Under the pieces are notes generated by a model that saw nothing but the letters and a program-made list of their open reading frames with translations, did not search any database and was not told where the DNA came from. Positions 17,051 through 25,982 of a stretch of 51,890 bases of DNA are shown here, in pieces. Numbering within the stretch: the first letter of the stretch is position 1; every line of letters starts with the position of its first letter. The stretch covers positions 1 through 51,890 of the IMG/VR virus record IMGVR_UViG_3300010413_000050. One strand, 5' to 3'. A program made the position numbers and the translations under genes. This DNA is from a virus. Its lineage: Duplodnaviria; Caudoviricetes.

Positions 17051-17133
17051 GGCCCCGGGCCGGAGCGTGGACACCGCGAGCATGCCCCCGCCCGTCACTT
17101 CCGACCATAGCACTTCGGTCCGGGGCCTTCTTT
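17051..17133 (+). terminator. Long-loop GC-rich stem followed by a T-rich tract (terminator or structured RNA)
   Basis: 14-bp stem 17051-17064/17114-17127 with G-U pairs, then TTCTTT. Confidence 0.4.
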
Positions 17134-17135
17134 AA

Positions 17136-17165
17136 TTGACGCACCTCGTTCGAAAAACGTATACT
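17136..17165 (+). promoter_or_regulatory. sigma70-type promoter for the transglycosylase
   Basis: TTGACG-18 nt-TATACT; GGAGGAGG RBS downstream. Confidence 0.65.
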
Positions 17166-17204
17166 TGAAAAATCCCAACACAGAACCAAGGAGGAGGTAC
17201 CGCT

Positions 17205-17849
17205 ATGCGGAATAAAAATTACAGACACTACCTTGAAGTGATCGTGCTCCTGACTGCGATCGTCTTCGCCGTGTGGTTGCTGTGGTACGTGAACACGGCA
17301 CACTCGGCCGAGCTGCCGCATCCGATCGAGCGCGCGATTCTCCACGTCGTCCACTACGGCATCCCCGCCCATGACGTCAAGCCGAGACCGAACCACCCGC
17401 TGACCAAAGACCCCGCGAGAATGGCCGAGCTCGTGTCGGCTATCGACGAAGCGAGCCGTGCCTACGACATCGACCGCCCTGGATTCTTCATGGTCTCCAT
17501 CGCCTTCAGAGAAAACTCGTTCTTGCCGGACGACGTCGGCGGACTCGGCGAGCGCGGCGTGTTTCAGATGATCCCCGCAGTCGCGGCGCGTGTGCATGAC
17601 GAGATCGATAACCGTTGTACGCTGGACACTGTCCGCGGCTCGGCGTTCTGCGCGGCCGCTTGGCTCAACCACTGGCGCCAAAAATGCGGGAGCCTGCGCG
17701 GGGCGTTCGTCGTCTACGCGACCGGACAGAAAGTCTGTAAACCGTACTCGGAAAAAACGCGATGGGTTGTTCGAGACAGATTTGGAATCGCGAAAAAACT
17801 CAGACGGGCCGTAGCTCCGTCCATGGCAGACCCGCGAGCTCGGCTTTGA
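17205..17849 (+). CDS. SLT-type lytic transglycosylase with N-terminal membrane anchor (SAR-endolysin-like)
   Basis: Hydrophobic N-terminal helix; IAFRENSF catalytic Glu; GERGVFQM motif. Confidence 0.8.
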   Translation: MRNKNYRHYLEVIVLLTAIVFAVWLLWYVNTAHSAELPHPIERAILHVVHYGIPAHDVKPRPNHPLTKDPARMAELVSAIDEASRAYDIDRPGFFMVSIAFRENSFLPDDVGGLGERGVFQMIPAVAARVHDEIDNRCTLDTVRGSAFCAAAWLNHWRQKCGSLRGAFVVYATGQKVCKPYSEKTRWVVRDRFGIAKKLRRAVAPSMADPRARL

Positions 17850-18531
17850 TCTGAAGCTCGCTCATGAACGGGAACCGGTAGCGCAGGTGTCCCTTCCTCG
17901 CCTTCCCCCTCAACTTCTTGACCCACGCCTTCCAGTACTCCGACCCCGGCGCCACGAGCCACGCGCCGCCGACCCCGCCCTTGTTCAAGTCCTCCACCAT
18001 CGAGCCAAGAAACCTCACCACGAAGGGCTGCATCGACGTATGGCCGGCGAACTTGTGCGCGTCGACCTGGCATCGCTTCACGCCCCACCGCACGAGCTCA
18101 TCGCGCAAGAGGTCGGCGAAGCCGCCGTCCGTGCCCGGGCCGACGTCCTTGTGGTTACGGTCTCGGACGTCGTTCTCGGCCGCGAGGCAGGCGTACAGGA
18201 CAACGCGCAGGTCTTGCGAGCAGCTCACCGCGAGCCGGCCGGCGAACTCGGGAATATCGTCACGGTTGAACCCGAACTGAATCCCGTCCGGCCAGCCGTG
18301 CCCGAACAGCGCGAGGCAGTCGAGCGGCTCGTTTCGGTTCGCCGCGTGGATGGCTTCGAGCGTCCTCCGCATCCGGACCGCCTTCGGCATCCCGACGAGC
18401 GGCATTCCGACCACGCGGTCCTTCGGGACGTCGTGCGTCCGGGCGAACGCCTTGGCCTCGGGCTCGAACGCCCCGGTCGCGTCCGACTTCCCGGGCGTGT
18501 TCTTCGCGCTGTACAGAACGAGCGTGTTCAT
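17800..18531 (-). CDS. Putative clan CD (caspase/CHAT/DUF4347-like) cysteine peptidase
   Basis: LALFGHG and VVLYAC give a His-Gly/Cys dyad after hydrophobic strands; start MNTLVLY is ATGA-coupled. Confidence 0.6.
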   Translation of the reverse strand: MNTLVLYSAKNTPGKSDATGAFEPEAKAFARTHDVPKDRVVGMPLVGMPKAVRMRRTLEAIHAANRNEPLDCLALFGHGWPDGIQFGFNRDDIPEFAGRLAVSCSQDLRVVLYACLAAENDVRDRNHKDVGPGTDGGFADLLRDELVRWGVKRCQVDAHKFAGHTSMQPFVVRFLGSMVEDLNKGGVGGAWLVAPGSEYWKAWVKKLRGKARKGHLRYRFPFMSELQIKAELAGLPWTELRPV

Positions 18532-18848
18532 TCGGCCTTCTCTTCGACCGGCGGGTCGAGCATCTCGCAAACGCGCATCACGAGCACCGTGTTCGCGTAC
18601 CCCTCGCCGACGAGCTCCTTCAGCTTGGCCGCCTGCTCCGCGTCGATCTCCACCTCGTCGTTTTCGAAGATGCGTTCGGCGAGCTTGCCCTGCTTGATCT
18701 TGTCCTTGGCCGACATCTTCTTTTGCGGGTTGACCTGCGCGAGCACCGTTATCAGCACGTCGCGCAAGGTCTGCGTCTTGCCGTCGTCGCCGGTGAAAGG
18801 CTTTCCTCCGAGAGCGTATAGCTCTTGCGTCACATCGAGTTTTATCAT
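18528..18848 (-). CDS. Small phage protein, possible fibre chaperone
   Basis: AAGGAG RBS before MIKLDV; follows a fibre gene. Confidence 0.7.
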   Translation of the reverse strand: MIKLDVTQELYALGGKPFTGDDGKTQTLRDVLITVLAQVNPQKKMSAKDKIKQGKLAERIFENDEVEIDAEQAAKLKELVGEGYANTVLVMRVCEMLDPPVEEKAE

Positions 18849-18902
18849 CGTCGTTCTCCTTTTGTGTTTGCGGAGTTTCCGCGAGAAGCGTCCCATCGAT
18901 AG

Positions 18903-18931
18903 AAGGTAGCTACTTGTCGCTATGCTGTCAA
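18903..18931 (-). promoter_or_regulatory. sigma70-type internal promoter
   Basis: TTGACA-17 nt-TACCTT on the minus strand in the intergenic gap. Confidence 0.65.
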
Positions 18932-18936
18932 GCGGA

Positions 18937-20370
18937 TTAGGCCTGGTCGAAGAGGCCGACGTCGACGAGCGCCTGCACGACGTCGGAGAGCGCGGCCCAA
19001 TTGTTATAGCTCGCTTTCGCGAGCTGCGCGACGGGCGTCTTGTTCCAAAAACCGAGCTTCTGCGTCGTCGCCGTTCCGATCTTCGTCCCTGTCGAAGCGC
19101 TCAACACTATGTCGGTGTCGATGATTCCGACAGGCGATTTCGTGTAAACGGAGTAGGCGAAGTTCGCATCGTCCATCTTGATGCCGTATCGCGTCGCGCT
19201 TCCGACCGCGTTCGTGTTCTTGATGTCGAGCCCGGTGATGGTCGCGCCGCTCGCGTCGTCCGTGTCGCCGGTCAGCTCGATGCGCTGGCCATAGATGTAA
19301 TCGGTTGCGACGAGGCCAACGGCCGGGCTCTTGATAATCGTTTCAAGTCCGGTCGTCCCCTCGGCCGAAAACGTGTTTCCGCTCGGGGTGACGTCGATTC
19401 GGACGAGTTGCGAGGAACCCTGCTTGGTTGACCAGAAAACCACCTGGTCTCCGGCGTCCTCGTGCGCGAGATAGTAGACGCGGAACTGACCGAAAGCACC
19501 ACCGGCCGAACCGTCGTCGACGAACTCCATGACGGGGCTGCCCGATGAGTCGATGATTCTGGCTTCCGGAGTAGCAAACCGAATCTCTCCCTTCGTCGCG
19601 TTCGAAGTCGAAATGAGAGTGAGGTTATTACTCGCGGCATTACCGCCGTAAAGCGTCTGTCCGCCGGCGCGTCCCGCTAGAAGCGCGTATTGAGAATGAT
19701 CGTCTCCAGTCAAACCGGCGAGCGCGGAGTGTGAGAGAATATCGGTACCTCCGCTCGCGTGCGTGCTCGCGTGCGCCGACGGGGTAAATGTCGACGGAAC
19801 GTCGGTCAAGTTGTTGTAGCTAACCGTTCCTCCACCGGCCGCGTCCGCGTGATTGTGCGTCGCGTTCACGAAGCTCGCGATCGTCGGAGTGGTCAGCGTC
19901 TTGTTAGAAAGAGTCTGTCCGTCGGTCGTGCCAACAATCGCGCTCGACACGCCATGCGCTGCGCTTGCACCGATGTGAGAGTCAATTTGCGCATGAGTGT
20001 TCGAGCCCGCGCCCGCGATGTTCTGATGGGAGAGCAGGTCACTTCCGCCGACTTCATGGCTCGAGGCGTGCGCGGCCGGCGTCGGCACGGCCCACGAGAG
20101 CTTCACGCCAGAGCCGCCGTCCGTCGCTACCAGAAGTGACTTGCCGATGTCTCCGAGGACTGCAGCCGGAGGCGTGAACGTCGCCCATGTCGGCGTCGTG
20201 TCGACCAGCCGCCACATCGATCCGTCGTCGGCCTGAAGCGCGAGCCGTCCTACGTGCCGAGCTTCGAGCGAGGTATCCGCTTTTCTCGTCGCCTGGTCGG
20301 CGTACTCCAGATCGTTCGGAATATGAATCGAGCCAACGGTTTCGAGGTCGTGATATTGATTCGTTGACAT
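18937..20370 (-). CDS. Tail fibre / fibre-like virion protein
   Basis: His-rich fibre motifs (HASSHEVGGSD, HASTHASGGTD, DDHSQY), QTLSNKTLTTP; start MSTNQY. Confidence 0.75.
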   Translation of the reverse strand: MSTNQYHDLETVGSIHIPNDLEYADQATRKADTSLEARHVGRLALQADDGSMWRLVDTTPTWATFTPPAAVLGDIGKSLLVATDGGSGVKLSWAVPTPAAHASSHEVGGSDLLSHQNIAGAGSNTHAQIDSHIGASAAHGVSSAIVGTTDGQTLSNKTLTTPTIASFVNATHNHADAAGGGTVSYNNLTDVPSTFTPSAHASTHASGGTDILSHSALAGLTGDDHSQYALLAGRAGGQTLYGGNAASNNLTLISTSNATKGEIRFATPEARIIDSSGSPVMEFVDDGSAGGAFGQFRVYYLAHEDAGDQVVFWSTKQGSSQLVRIDVTPSGNTFSAEGTTGLETIIKSPAVGLVATDYIYGQRIELTGDTDDASGATITGLDIKNTNAVGSATRYGIKMDDANFAYSVYTKSPVGIIDTDIVLSASTGTKIGTATTQKLGFWNKTPVAQLAKASYNNWAALSDVVQALVDVGLFDQA

Positions 20371-20371
20371 G

Positions 20372-20560
20372 CTATGCCCACTTTCTCGAAATGAGCCGGT
20401 CGCCGTCCTCGCGCTGGACGATCGGCGTGTCGGTGTTGCGCGAGACGAGGAACACGATTTGCGGTCTGTACTCCGGCACGCCCGCGTCAATAACCACTTC
20501 GTCCGTCGCCTCGGCTCCGTCGATTACTATCTCTTCATATGGTGAATATCGCTTTGCCAT
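20372..20560 (-). CDS. Small virion-associated hypothetical protein
   Basis: Tightly packed in the minus-strand operon. Confidence 0.65.
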   Translation of the reverse strand: MAKRYSPYEEIVIDGAEATDEVVIDAGVPEYRPQIVFLVSRNTDTPIVQREDGDRLISRKWA

Positions 20561-20561
20561 C

Positions 20562-20882
20562 TTAGGCTATCTCCCTACGCACATCGAGAATCATCCGAAA
20601 GCGTCGCGGAAGCGTCATCTTCTTTCCACCCGAATCCGTGAACTCGATCTCGGCATAATTGCGCCCTTGCCGCAGGTCGCCAGCCTGCCAGGTCACGCGC
20701 CCGACCTCGGGGTCTGAGCCATCCGGAACCACCGTCCGCGTGATGTCGGCGCCGTTGAATCTGTCGACGTGCATCTCGATCGTCGAGTAGTCGCCGAGGT
20801 CTAGTCCCAAGAAGCGTAGAGTCAAATCCGGAAGCGTGTCGTTTTCTACCAGGTCGACAATGATTTGTCTCGGAACCGGCAT
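20562..20882 (-). CDS. BppU N-terminal-like fibre adaptor
   Basis: NDTLPDL..GRVTWQAGDL..AEIEFT..TLP pattern. Confidence 0.6.
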   Translation of the reverse strand: MPVPRQIIVDLVENDTLPDLTLRFLGLDLGDYSTIEMHVDRFNGADITRTVVPDGSDPEVGRVTWQAGDLRQGRNYAEIEFTDSGGKKMTLPRRFRMILDVRREIA

Positions 20883-20885
20883 CTC

Positions 20886-21239
20886 TCACACCTCCTGCTC
20901 TACTGTGAAAACGCCTTCGAGATGGACGTACTCGTCGGTCCCGTTCTTCCGCCGAATCTCATAGACCCAAGCAACACAACAATCGTTTTGAATTCCGGTC
21001 CAGTCGCTAGGCGTGAGTGAGAACGTGGTGACGCCCTTGGTCGGCTCGGAGTGCTCCCCCGTCGAGTTCGTTTTTTGAATTTTCTGGGTTCCGCCTTTTT
21101 GGTCCTTGACTGTGAACACGACGTCCTGTCCGGTGATGTCTATCGCTCTGCCATATCCATCGGTCAGGTAAAAATCGAAGCTCGCATTCGCGCCATAAAC
21201 GACCGAGAGATTGACTACCGAAGGAGTACACTTGCACAT
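20886..21239 (-). CDS. BppU N-terminal-like fibre adaptor
   Basis: AIDITGQDVVFTVK..GVTTFSLTPSD..YEI..EGVFTV pattern. Confidence 0.6.
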   Translation of the reverse strand: MCKCTPSVVNLSVVYGANASFDFYLTDGYGRAIDITGQDVVFTVKDQKGGTQKIQKTNSTGEHSEPTKGVTTFSLTPSDWTGIQNDCCVAWVYEIRRKNGTDEYVHLEGVFTVEQEV

Positions 21240-21241
21240 GG

Positions 21242-22888
21242 TCAAATCCTTTCAACCACCGAGCCGCCGAGTCCGTCGGTATACACTCTTCCTCCGACGC
21301 CTTCTATCATAACATGCCCACCGAGTCCGTCGGTATACACTCTTCCTCCGACGCCTTCTATCATAACATGCCCACCGAGTCCGTCGGTATATACCCTTCC
21401 TCCGACGCCGCACAAGGTCCAATCATGCGCGATGTCCTCTGCCGTAGCGGTAGCCGTCGACGTGCCATCGGACAGTCCTGCGGCGACGTAGACGCAGACC
21501 CCAGCGCCCGCGACGATGGACGTTCCGTCGGACAGACCCGCTCCCTCGTGAACGGTGCCGCCGCCCTGGTCGACCTGCCCGGTTCCGGTTGCGGTCGAAT
21601 AGCCGTCAGATTGCCCTTCGCCGCCAAGCTCGAGCAGCGCCGAGCCGACGACCGCGGAAGTCCCGTCCGATTGACCTTCACCGACAACCGTGAGAATCGC
21701 CGAGCCGACGACCACGGACGTCCCGTCCGCCTGTCCTGCTCCGGTGTGCTCGACCGTCGAGCTGCCTGTCGCGGTCGAATCTCCGTCGGCCTGGCCTGCG
21801 CCGACATAGACGCACTGTGCGTCTCCGGTCGCGACCGAGGTTCCGTCCGATTGCCCGGCACCGGCGTACGTGCAAAGCCCGGCTCCAGTAGCCGTCGAGT
21901 CTCCATCGCTTTGCCCCTCGCCGAGCAGCTCGCTTCCGATTGTCCCGGTGCCCGTGGCCGTCGAAGTGCCGTCGGACTGCCCCGAACCGACGAAGACGCC
22001 GACACCGGCCGCCGTTGTATCCGAGGTACCGTCGCTCTGCCCGGCTCCAGGCAGGACGAGAGCACCGGCTCCGATGGCCGTCGAAGTGCCGTCGGATTGC
22101 CCTGCGCCAACGAACTCGCCGACCCCTGCTCCGGTCGCCGTCGAGCCGCCGTCGGATTGAGTCTCGCCGTTGAGATCCTTCGCTCCGGTAGCGGTCGCCG
22201 TCGAAGTACCGTCGCTCTGGACATCTCCCGCGAGGTCGAGACCACCGAGGCCTGAAGCGGCCGACGTGCCGTCGCTTTGTCCGGCACCGACGAAGACGCC
22301 GACCCCGGCCCCGGCCGCAGTCGAAGTGCCGTCGGACTGCCCTGCTCCGGCGAGCGTCGCAATCCCGGTCCCGGTAGCGGTCGACGTTCCGTCGCTCTGC
22401 GCCTCTCCGTTGTGGACGGTGCCGGAATCATAGGTGACATTCCATTCGAGCGCGCCGATCTCGACCGTCGACTTCTTGACGACGGTCCCGTAGATATACG
22501 CCTCGACGAGCGATCCGTCGGCGGTGCCGAGGCTCGAAGCGTTCCAGGTCGCCGAGATAATTTCGCCAGACGACGAGCTTATCGTTCCGCTCGCTATCTC
22601 GCCGAGGTCGCCGCCGTTCTCGTACAAGTGGATCGAGTACGAGGGATCGTCGCCTCCGGGCTGATTGTTGTGGCGAACCCACCACCGAAACTCCTGCAAG
22701 CCCGCACCGGTAGTCGGGTTTCCGGTCGGCGTCGGGAACGTCGTGCGAAGCATAACGTCGCTCTGCGCCGATGTCGCGGTAAGCCAGTTCGAATCCGGCG
22801 AATCGGGATCGTCCTGTATGTCCGAAACCGACCCCGACAAATTCGTCGACGCGGCGATCGCGTCGGGCGATTGTCGTTCGGTCGCCAC
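21242..22888 (-). CDS. Gly/Thr/Ser-rich repeat fibre protein
   Basis: N-terminal globular domain, 16 copies of a GxGQSDGTSTATG-type repeat (about 20-aa period), C-terminal 18-aa repeats. Confidence 0.8.
   Translation of the reverse strand: MATERQSPDAIAASTNLSGSVSDIQDDPDSPDSNWLTATSAQSDVMLRTTFPTPTGNPTTGAGLQEFRWWVRHNNQPGGDDPSYSIHLYENGGDLGEIASGTISSSSGEIISATWNASSLGTADGSLVEAYIYGTVVKKSTVEIGALEWNVTYDSGTVHNGEAQSDGTSTATGTGIATLAGAGQSDGTSTAAGAGVGVFVGAGQSDGTSAASGLGGLDLAGDVQSDGTSTATATGAKDLNGETQSDGGSTATGAGVGEFVGAGQSDGTSTAIGAGALVLPGAGQSDGTSDTTAAGVGVFVGSGQSDGTSTATGTGTIGSELLGEGQSDGDSTATGAGLCTYAGAGQSDGTSVATGDAQCVYVGAGQADGDSTATGSSTVEHTGAGQADGTSVVVGSAILTVVGEGQSDGTSAVVGSALLELGGEGQSDGYSTATGTGQVDQGGGTVHEGAGLSDGTSIVAGAGVCVYVAAGLSDGTSTATATAEDIAHDWTLCGVGGRVYTDGLGGHVMIEGVGGRVYTDGLGGHVMIEGVGGRVYTDGLGGSVVERI
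21267..21409. repeat. 54-bp tandem repeat, about 2.6 copies
   Basis: Units start at 21267, 21321 and 21375; first two identical; encodes GVGGRVYTDGLGGHVMIE. Confidence 0.9.
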
Positions 22889-22891
22889 TCA

Positions 22892-23290
22892 CTACGCCTC
22901 GGTCAGCGTGATGTTTCCGCTTGGAAATTTGAACGTATCGCCGTTGTTCACCGTCTTCGACGCCGTGAGGTCTCCCCAGTACAGGAAGTTGCCTCCGGTC
23001 ACCGCGTCGAGTATGGCGAACGCGACCACGGTTCCCCAATCCGCCGTAGCGGTAGGGAACGCGATCTCGGCGTTCGTCGACACCGACCCACCGGACGGCG
23101 ATGCCCACTTGCCGGAGCTGCTCTGTCGAGCGTACGAACCGCCACTCACTTCGACGCCTCCACCCGCGTCCGTCGGAGCGGTCGTGTAGAGCGCGACGTA
23201 AGGCGTCGGCGCCGTGCCGAGATCGTTCGTCTGCCCCGAGGCCCACTTCATAACCTCGGCCTCGTAGTAGTCTGATTTAGAACCGGCCAT
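22892..23290 (-). CDS. Small phage tail/fibre structural protein
   Basis: YVALYTTAP..EVSGGSYARQ..FPTATADWGTV..GGNFLYWG family pattern. Confidence 0.8.
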   Translation of the reverse strand: MAGSKSDYYEAEVMKWASGQTNDLGTAPTPYVALYTTAPTDAGGGVEVSGGSYARQSSSGKWASPSGGSVSTNAEIAFPTATADWGTVVAFAILDAVTGGNFLYWGDLTASKTVNNGDTFKFPSGNITLTEA

Positions 23291-23306
23291 TTTCTACACT
23301 CCTTTT

Positions 23307-23612
23307 TTAGTGAACGCCATTGCGCAACGAAAACTCTCGGAGCGCTTCGACGACTTGAGAAACCTGTTCGTGTTCCGCAGTGATTTGACTTTTGAAAAAA
23401 TCTCGATGCTCATCGAGTGACGCTCGAAAGTCTTCGCGCTCCTGTTTCAACGAATCGCGAAAATCGTCGCGCGTTTGCGTGAGCGCCTCTTTGAAATCTT
23501 TCGCCAACCTCGGAATCGTCCTTGTGAAGGTGTGGTACACGAGCCACACCACGACGCCGAAAGTTCCGAGACCGCCGACCAAATTGAGAATGATTTCTGT
23601 ATTACCCTCCAC
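23307..23612 (-). CDS. Putative holin (one TM helix plus coiled coil)
   Basis: GTG after GGAGG; IILNLVGGLGTFGVVVWLVY then charged heptads. Confidence 0.5.
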   Translation of the reverse strand: MEGNTEIILNLVGGLGTFGVVVWLVYHTFTRTIPRLAKDFKEALTQTRDDFRDSLKQEREDFRASLDEHRDFFKSQITAEHEQVSQVVEALREFSLRNGVH

Positions 23613-23949
23613 TACCTTCCTCCTTCCTGCTTGACTTTGCAACGCGCACCTTGGTCTTGTCCGCGGAGAATAGCAGATCGAAACCTCTCGATGGAACACC
23701 GAGACGGTCCTGAATCTCAAGAGCGATCCTTCCCATCTCCTGCTCAAGCGCTCGGATGTGCTGTTCCGCAAGGCGCTGCTTCAGCGCAAGATTCTCGATC
23801 CGCAGAGTCTCGACCTCTTCGAGTGAGTACTCTCCTTCGAACGAAGGCTCGGTCACTTCCTTTTCGGTCACCGACTCGCGTGCTTTGATCAAGCGCGCGA
23901 CGTTCTCCTCGGGAGTCGCTTCGGCTTTTTTCTCTGGCTCGCCCATCAT
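23602..23949 (-). CDS. Hypothetical coiled-coil protein
   Basis: Coupled to both neighbours. Confidence 0.65.
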   Translation of the reverse strand: MMGEPEKKAEATPEENVARLIKARESVTEKEVTEPSFEGEYSLEEVETLRIENLALKQRLAEQHIRALEQEMGRIALEIQDRLGVPSRGFDLLFSADKTKVRVAKSSRKEEGSGG

Positions 23950-24245
23950 TCCACCGTCCCTTCGAAATGCCCCGCGTCGATCAGATACTGAAAGAGCTTC
24001 GTACCAACGCCAGTCATCACCGTCGACATGAAGTCCTGATACCCCTGCCCCGAGAGAGTAATCGACAGCCGTGTCTTGTCGGGAATCGGAATGCTCGGCT
24101 GGAACCCGTTCTCGTCTTTGACGCCGAGCAGAACCTCCAGGTGTACTCGTTTTCGTTCGAGGTCGAACACCGCGCGGTTGATGTTGACATGGGTCAAGTC
24201 GTCCGCGACGTCGCCCATCTTGAAAGAGTTGGTCAAAAGAAGCAT
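23946..24245 (-). CDS. Hypothetical protein, possible tail fibre assembly factor
   Basis: GAGGAGG RBS; follows the baseplate fibre gene. Confidence 0.65.
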   Translation of the reverse strand: MLLLTNSFKMGDVADDLTHVNINRAVFDLERKRVHLEVLLGVKDENGFQPSIPIPDKTRLSITLSGQGYQDFMSTVMTGVGTKLFQYLIDAGHFEGTVE

Positions 24246-24258
24246 CGAGTCCTCCTCG

Positions 24259-25419
24259 TTACAGCGTCGCTTCGATGAGCGTCGCGGTCATTGTGCTCTC
24301 GTCTGCCACGGCGTCGATGGTCTCGCCAGCGGCACCGGTCATCGCCCACACCTCAATGTACTCGGACACCGGATCGAATTCCACGATGCAAGAGAGGTTC
24401 GCGGCGTGGGAGTAATCGGTATCGGTGTCGACCAGGAACTCACACCAATCCTCGAATCCGGAGCCGTCCTTCATAACTTTCGCCGATACGAGGTAGGCCG
24501 CAGGATAGCTCGAGTTGTTGAACTGCAAGCTGACGTTGATGAGATACTTTCCTGCGATTGTCGCCTTGAGCTGGCTTGAAGTGACCGACATATTTTTCGA
24601 GATGCTCGCAGTATCGGGCGTGATATTCGTCCACGAATTTGTAACTTGCGTCGTCGAGTTCAGTGCACCGAACCAGTAGGCATAATCGGGGTAAGTCGGC
24701 TTCCAGTTCGCCCCGTCATAGATGTACGCCCGGTCGTCCGTGGTGTTGTAATGGATGTCGCCTTCAAGTGCATACGTCGGCGTTGACGCTTCTCCGAGAA
24801 GACGAATGTCCGCACGGTCGCCGCCTCCGGAAAATTCTCCACCGACCGCATCGTTCCCGGTTCCGTCGCCCTGACCTCCGAACCCCCCCGCACCGATTCC
24901 GCCGTTTTGATTCCCGGAGATTGACGTGTGTCCGGTTCCGTAAGTCCCGTAACTTCCTGGGGAAGTCCCTTTGCCTCGAACACCGAGCGACGATCCTTCT
25001 CCGTAGATCCCGTTCACACCCCCGCCCGCGACACCCGCTTCGTCTCGTTCGGTAGTAGAGAACCAAGAAGTGAACCCGTTCCGCCTTGCGACGATACCCG
25101 GCTGCCCTGCCGTCCGCCCGTAGAAGTTGAGCGGTGCATCGATAGTATCGTCGTCCATGAAGACAAACGCGACGCTCCCGGTTCCGGGTACCTTGATCTC
25201 CAGAGAGTCTTCCGGGTTCGTGCTCGGCCCGTCGTCGAACCGCTCGTCTATCCACTTCAACCAGTCGCCAGTGATGCCTTGCAGCCAGTTCTCATACCCA
25301 TAAGGCGGAGCCTCTTCGAACGTCCAACCCGTGTCCTTCTTTCCGCTCGACGGCTCTGTTCGCGTACCGGTGTCTGCCCATCGCGGGATCTTCGTTGGTT
25401 TGGTGTATGTCGCCGCCAT
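24259..25419 (-). CDS. Baseplate-attached tail fibre with C-terminal C1q/TNF-like beta domain
   Basis: N-terminal KPTKIPRWA..GW..NWL anchor motif after the wedge genes; Gly-rich shaft; AGKYLINVSLQF. Confidence 0.75.
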   Translation of the reverse strand: MAATYTKPTKIPRWADTGTRTEPSSGKKDTGWTFEEAPPYGYENWLQGITGDWLKWIDERFDDGPSTNPEDSLEIKVPGTGSVAFVFMDDDTIDAPLNFYGRTAGQPGIVARRNGFTSWFSTTERDEAGVAGGGVNGIYGEGSSLGVRGKGTSPGSYGTYGTGHTSISGNQNGGIGAGGFGGQGDGTGNDAVGGEFSGGGDRADIRLLGEASTPTYALEGDIHYNTTDDRAYIYDGANWKPTYPDYAYWFGALNSTTQVTNSWTNITPDTASISKNMSVTSSQLKATIAGKYLINVSLQFNNSSYPAAYLVSAKVMKDGSGFEDWCEFLVDTDTDYSHAANLSCIVEFDPVSEYIEVWAMTGAAGETIDAVADESTMTATLIEATL

Positions 25420-25982
25420 TAGTACACGCCTCCGTATTTGCCCTCGTCAAAACCTTGTCCGGCGGTGTCGAACCTGAACCGCTCCGCCTCCGGAACGCCG
25501 TGATAGATAAGATGCGAAAGCACTCCTGCCGCAGTCGCCGCGTGAAGCTGGTCCCCAATTCGATGCGCTTCGTCCTCGTCTTCCACCGCGTCGACAAGCT
25601 CCACAGTCAACGCCGCAGGAAAATACTCGGTCAACACGACCGCACTCCCCTCGCCCAGCACTTCGAGCAAGTGAAGCAGGTCAATCGGTGTGCCTTCCGA
25701 TAGGTTTACCAAAATCCGACCTCGGATAGCGAGTCGATAGTCATCGTCGTTCCGACCAAGCCGTCCTTCACCGACAATCGCTCCGAGTGTATCGAGCTGA
25801 GCACCGATCGCCGTGTTCAAGTCGCGCTCTTGAAGCAACTCAAACAGCGCATCTTCGAGGTCCTGTACCTGGTCGACGAAGGCCCCAATCACCGCCGCGA
25901 TGTTAGGCTTCCCCTTGTACTGCTCGACGAGGTTCGCCACCGCCTGCGTCACATGCGCCGATACTTTCGCGAGTCCCATCAC
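25419..25982 (-). CDS. Baseplate wedge protein (DUF2612-like)
   Basis: TAIGAQLDTLGAIVG..DDDYRLAI..AAGV. Confidence 0.85.
   Translation of the reverse strand: MMGLAKVSAHVTQAVANLVEQYKGKPNIAAVIGAFVDQVQDLEDALFELLQERDLNTAIGAQLDTLGAIVGEGRLGRNDDDYRLAIRGRILVNLSEGTPIDLLHLLEVLGEGSAVVLTEYFPAALTVELVDAVEDEDEAHRIGDQLHAATAAGVLSHLIYHGVPEAERFRFDTAGQGFDEGKYGGVY

Noticed and set aside
21242-22420. Repeats as a CRISPR array or DGR template/variable pair
   Set aside because: Units are in-frame coding repeats without unique spacers or adenine-specific divergence, and there is no reverse transcriptase.
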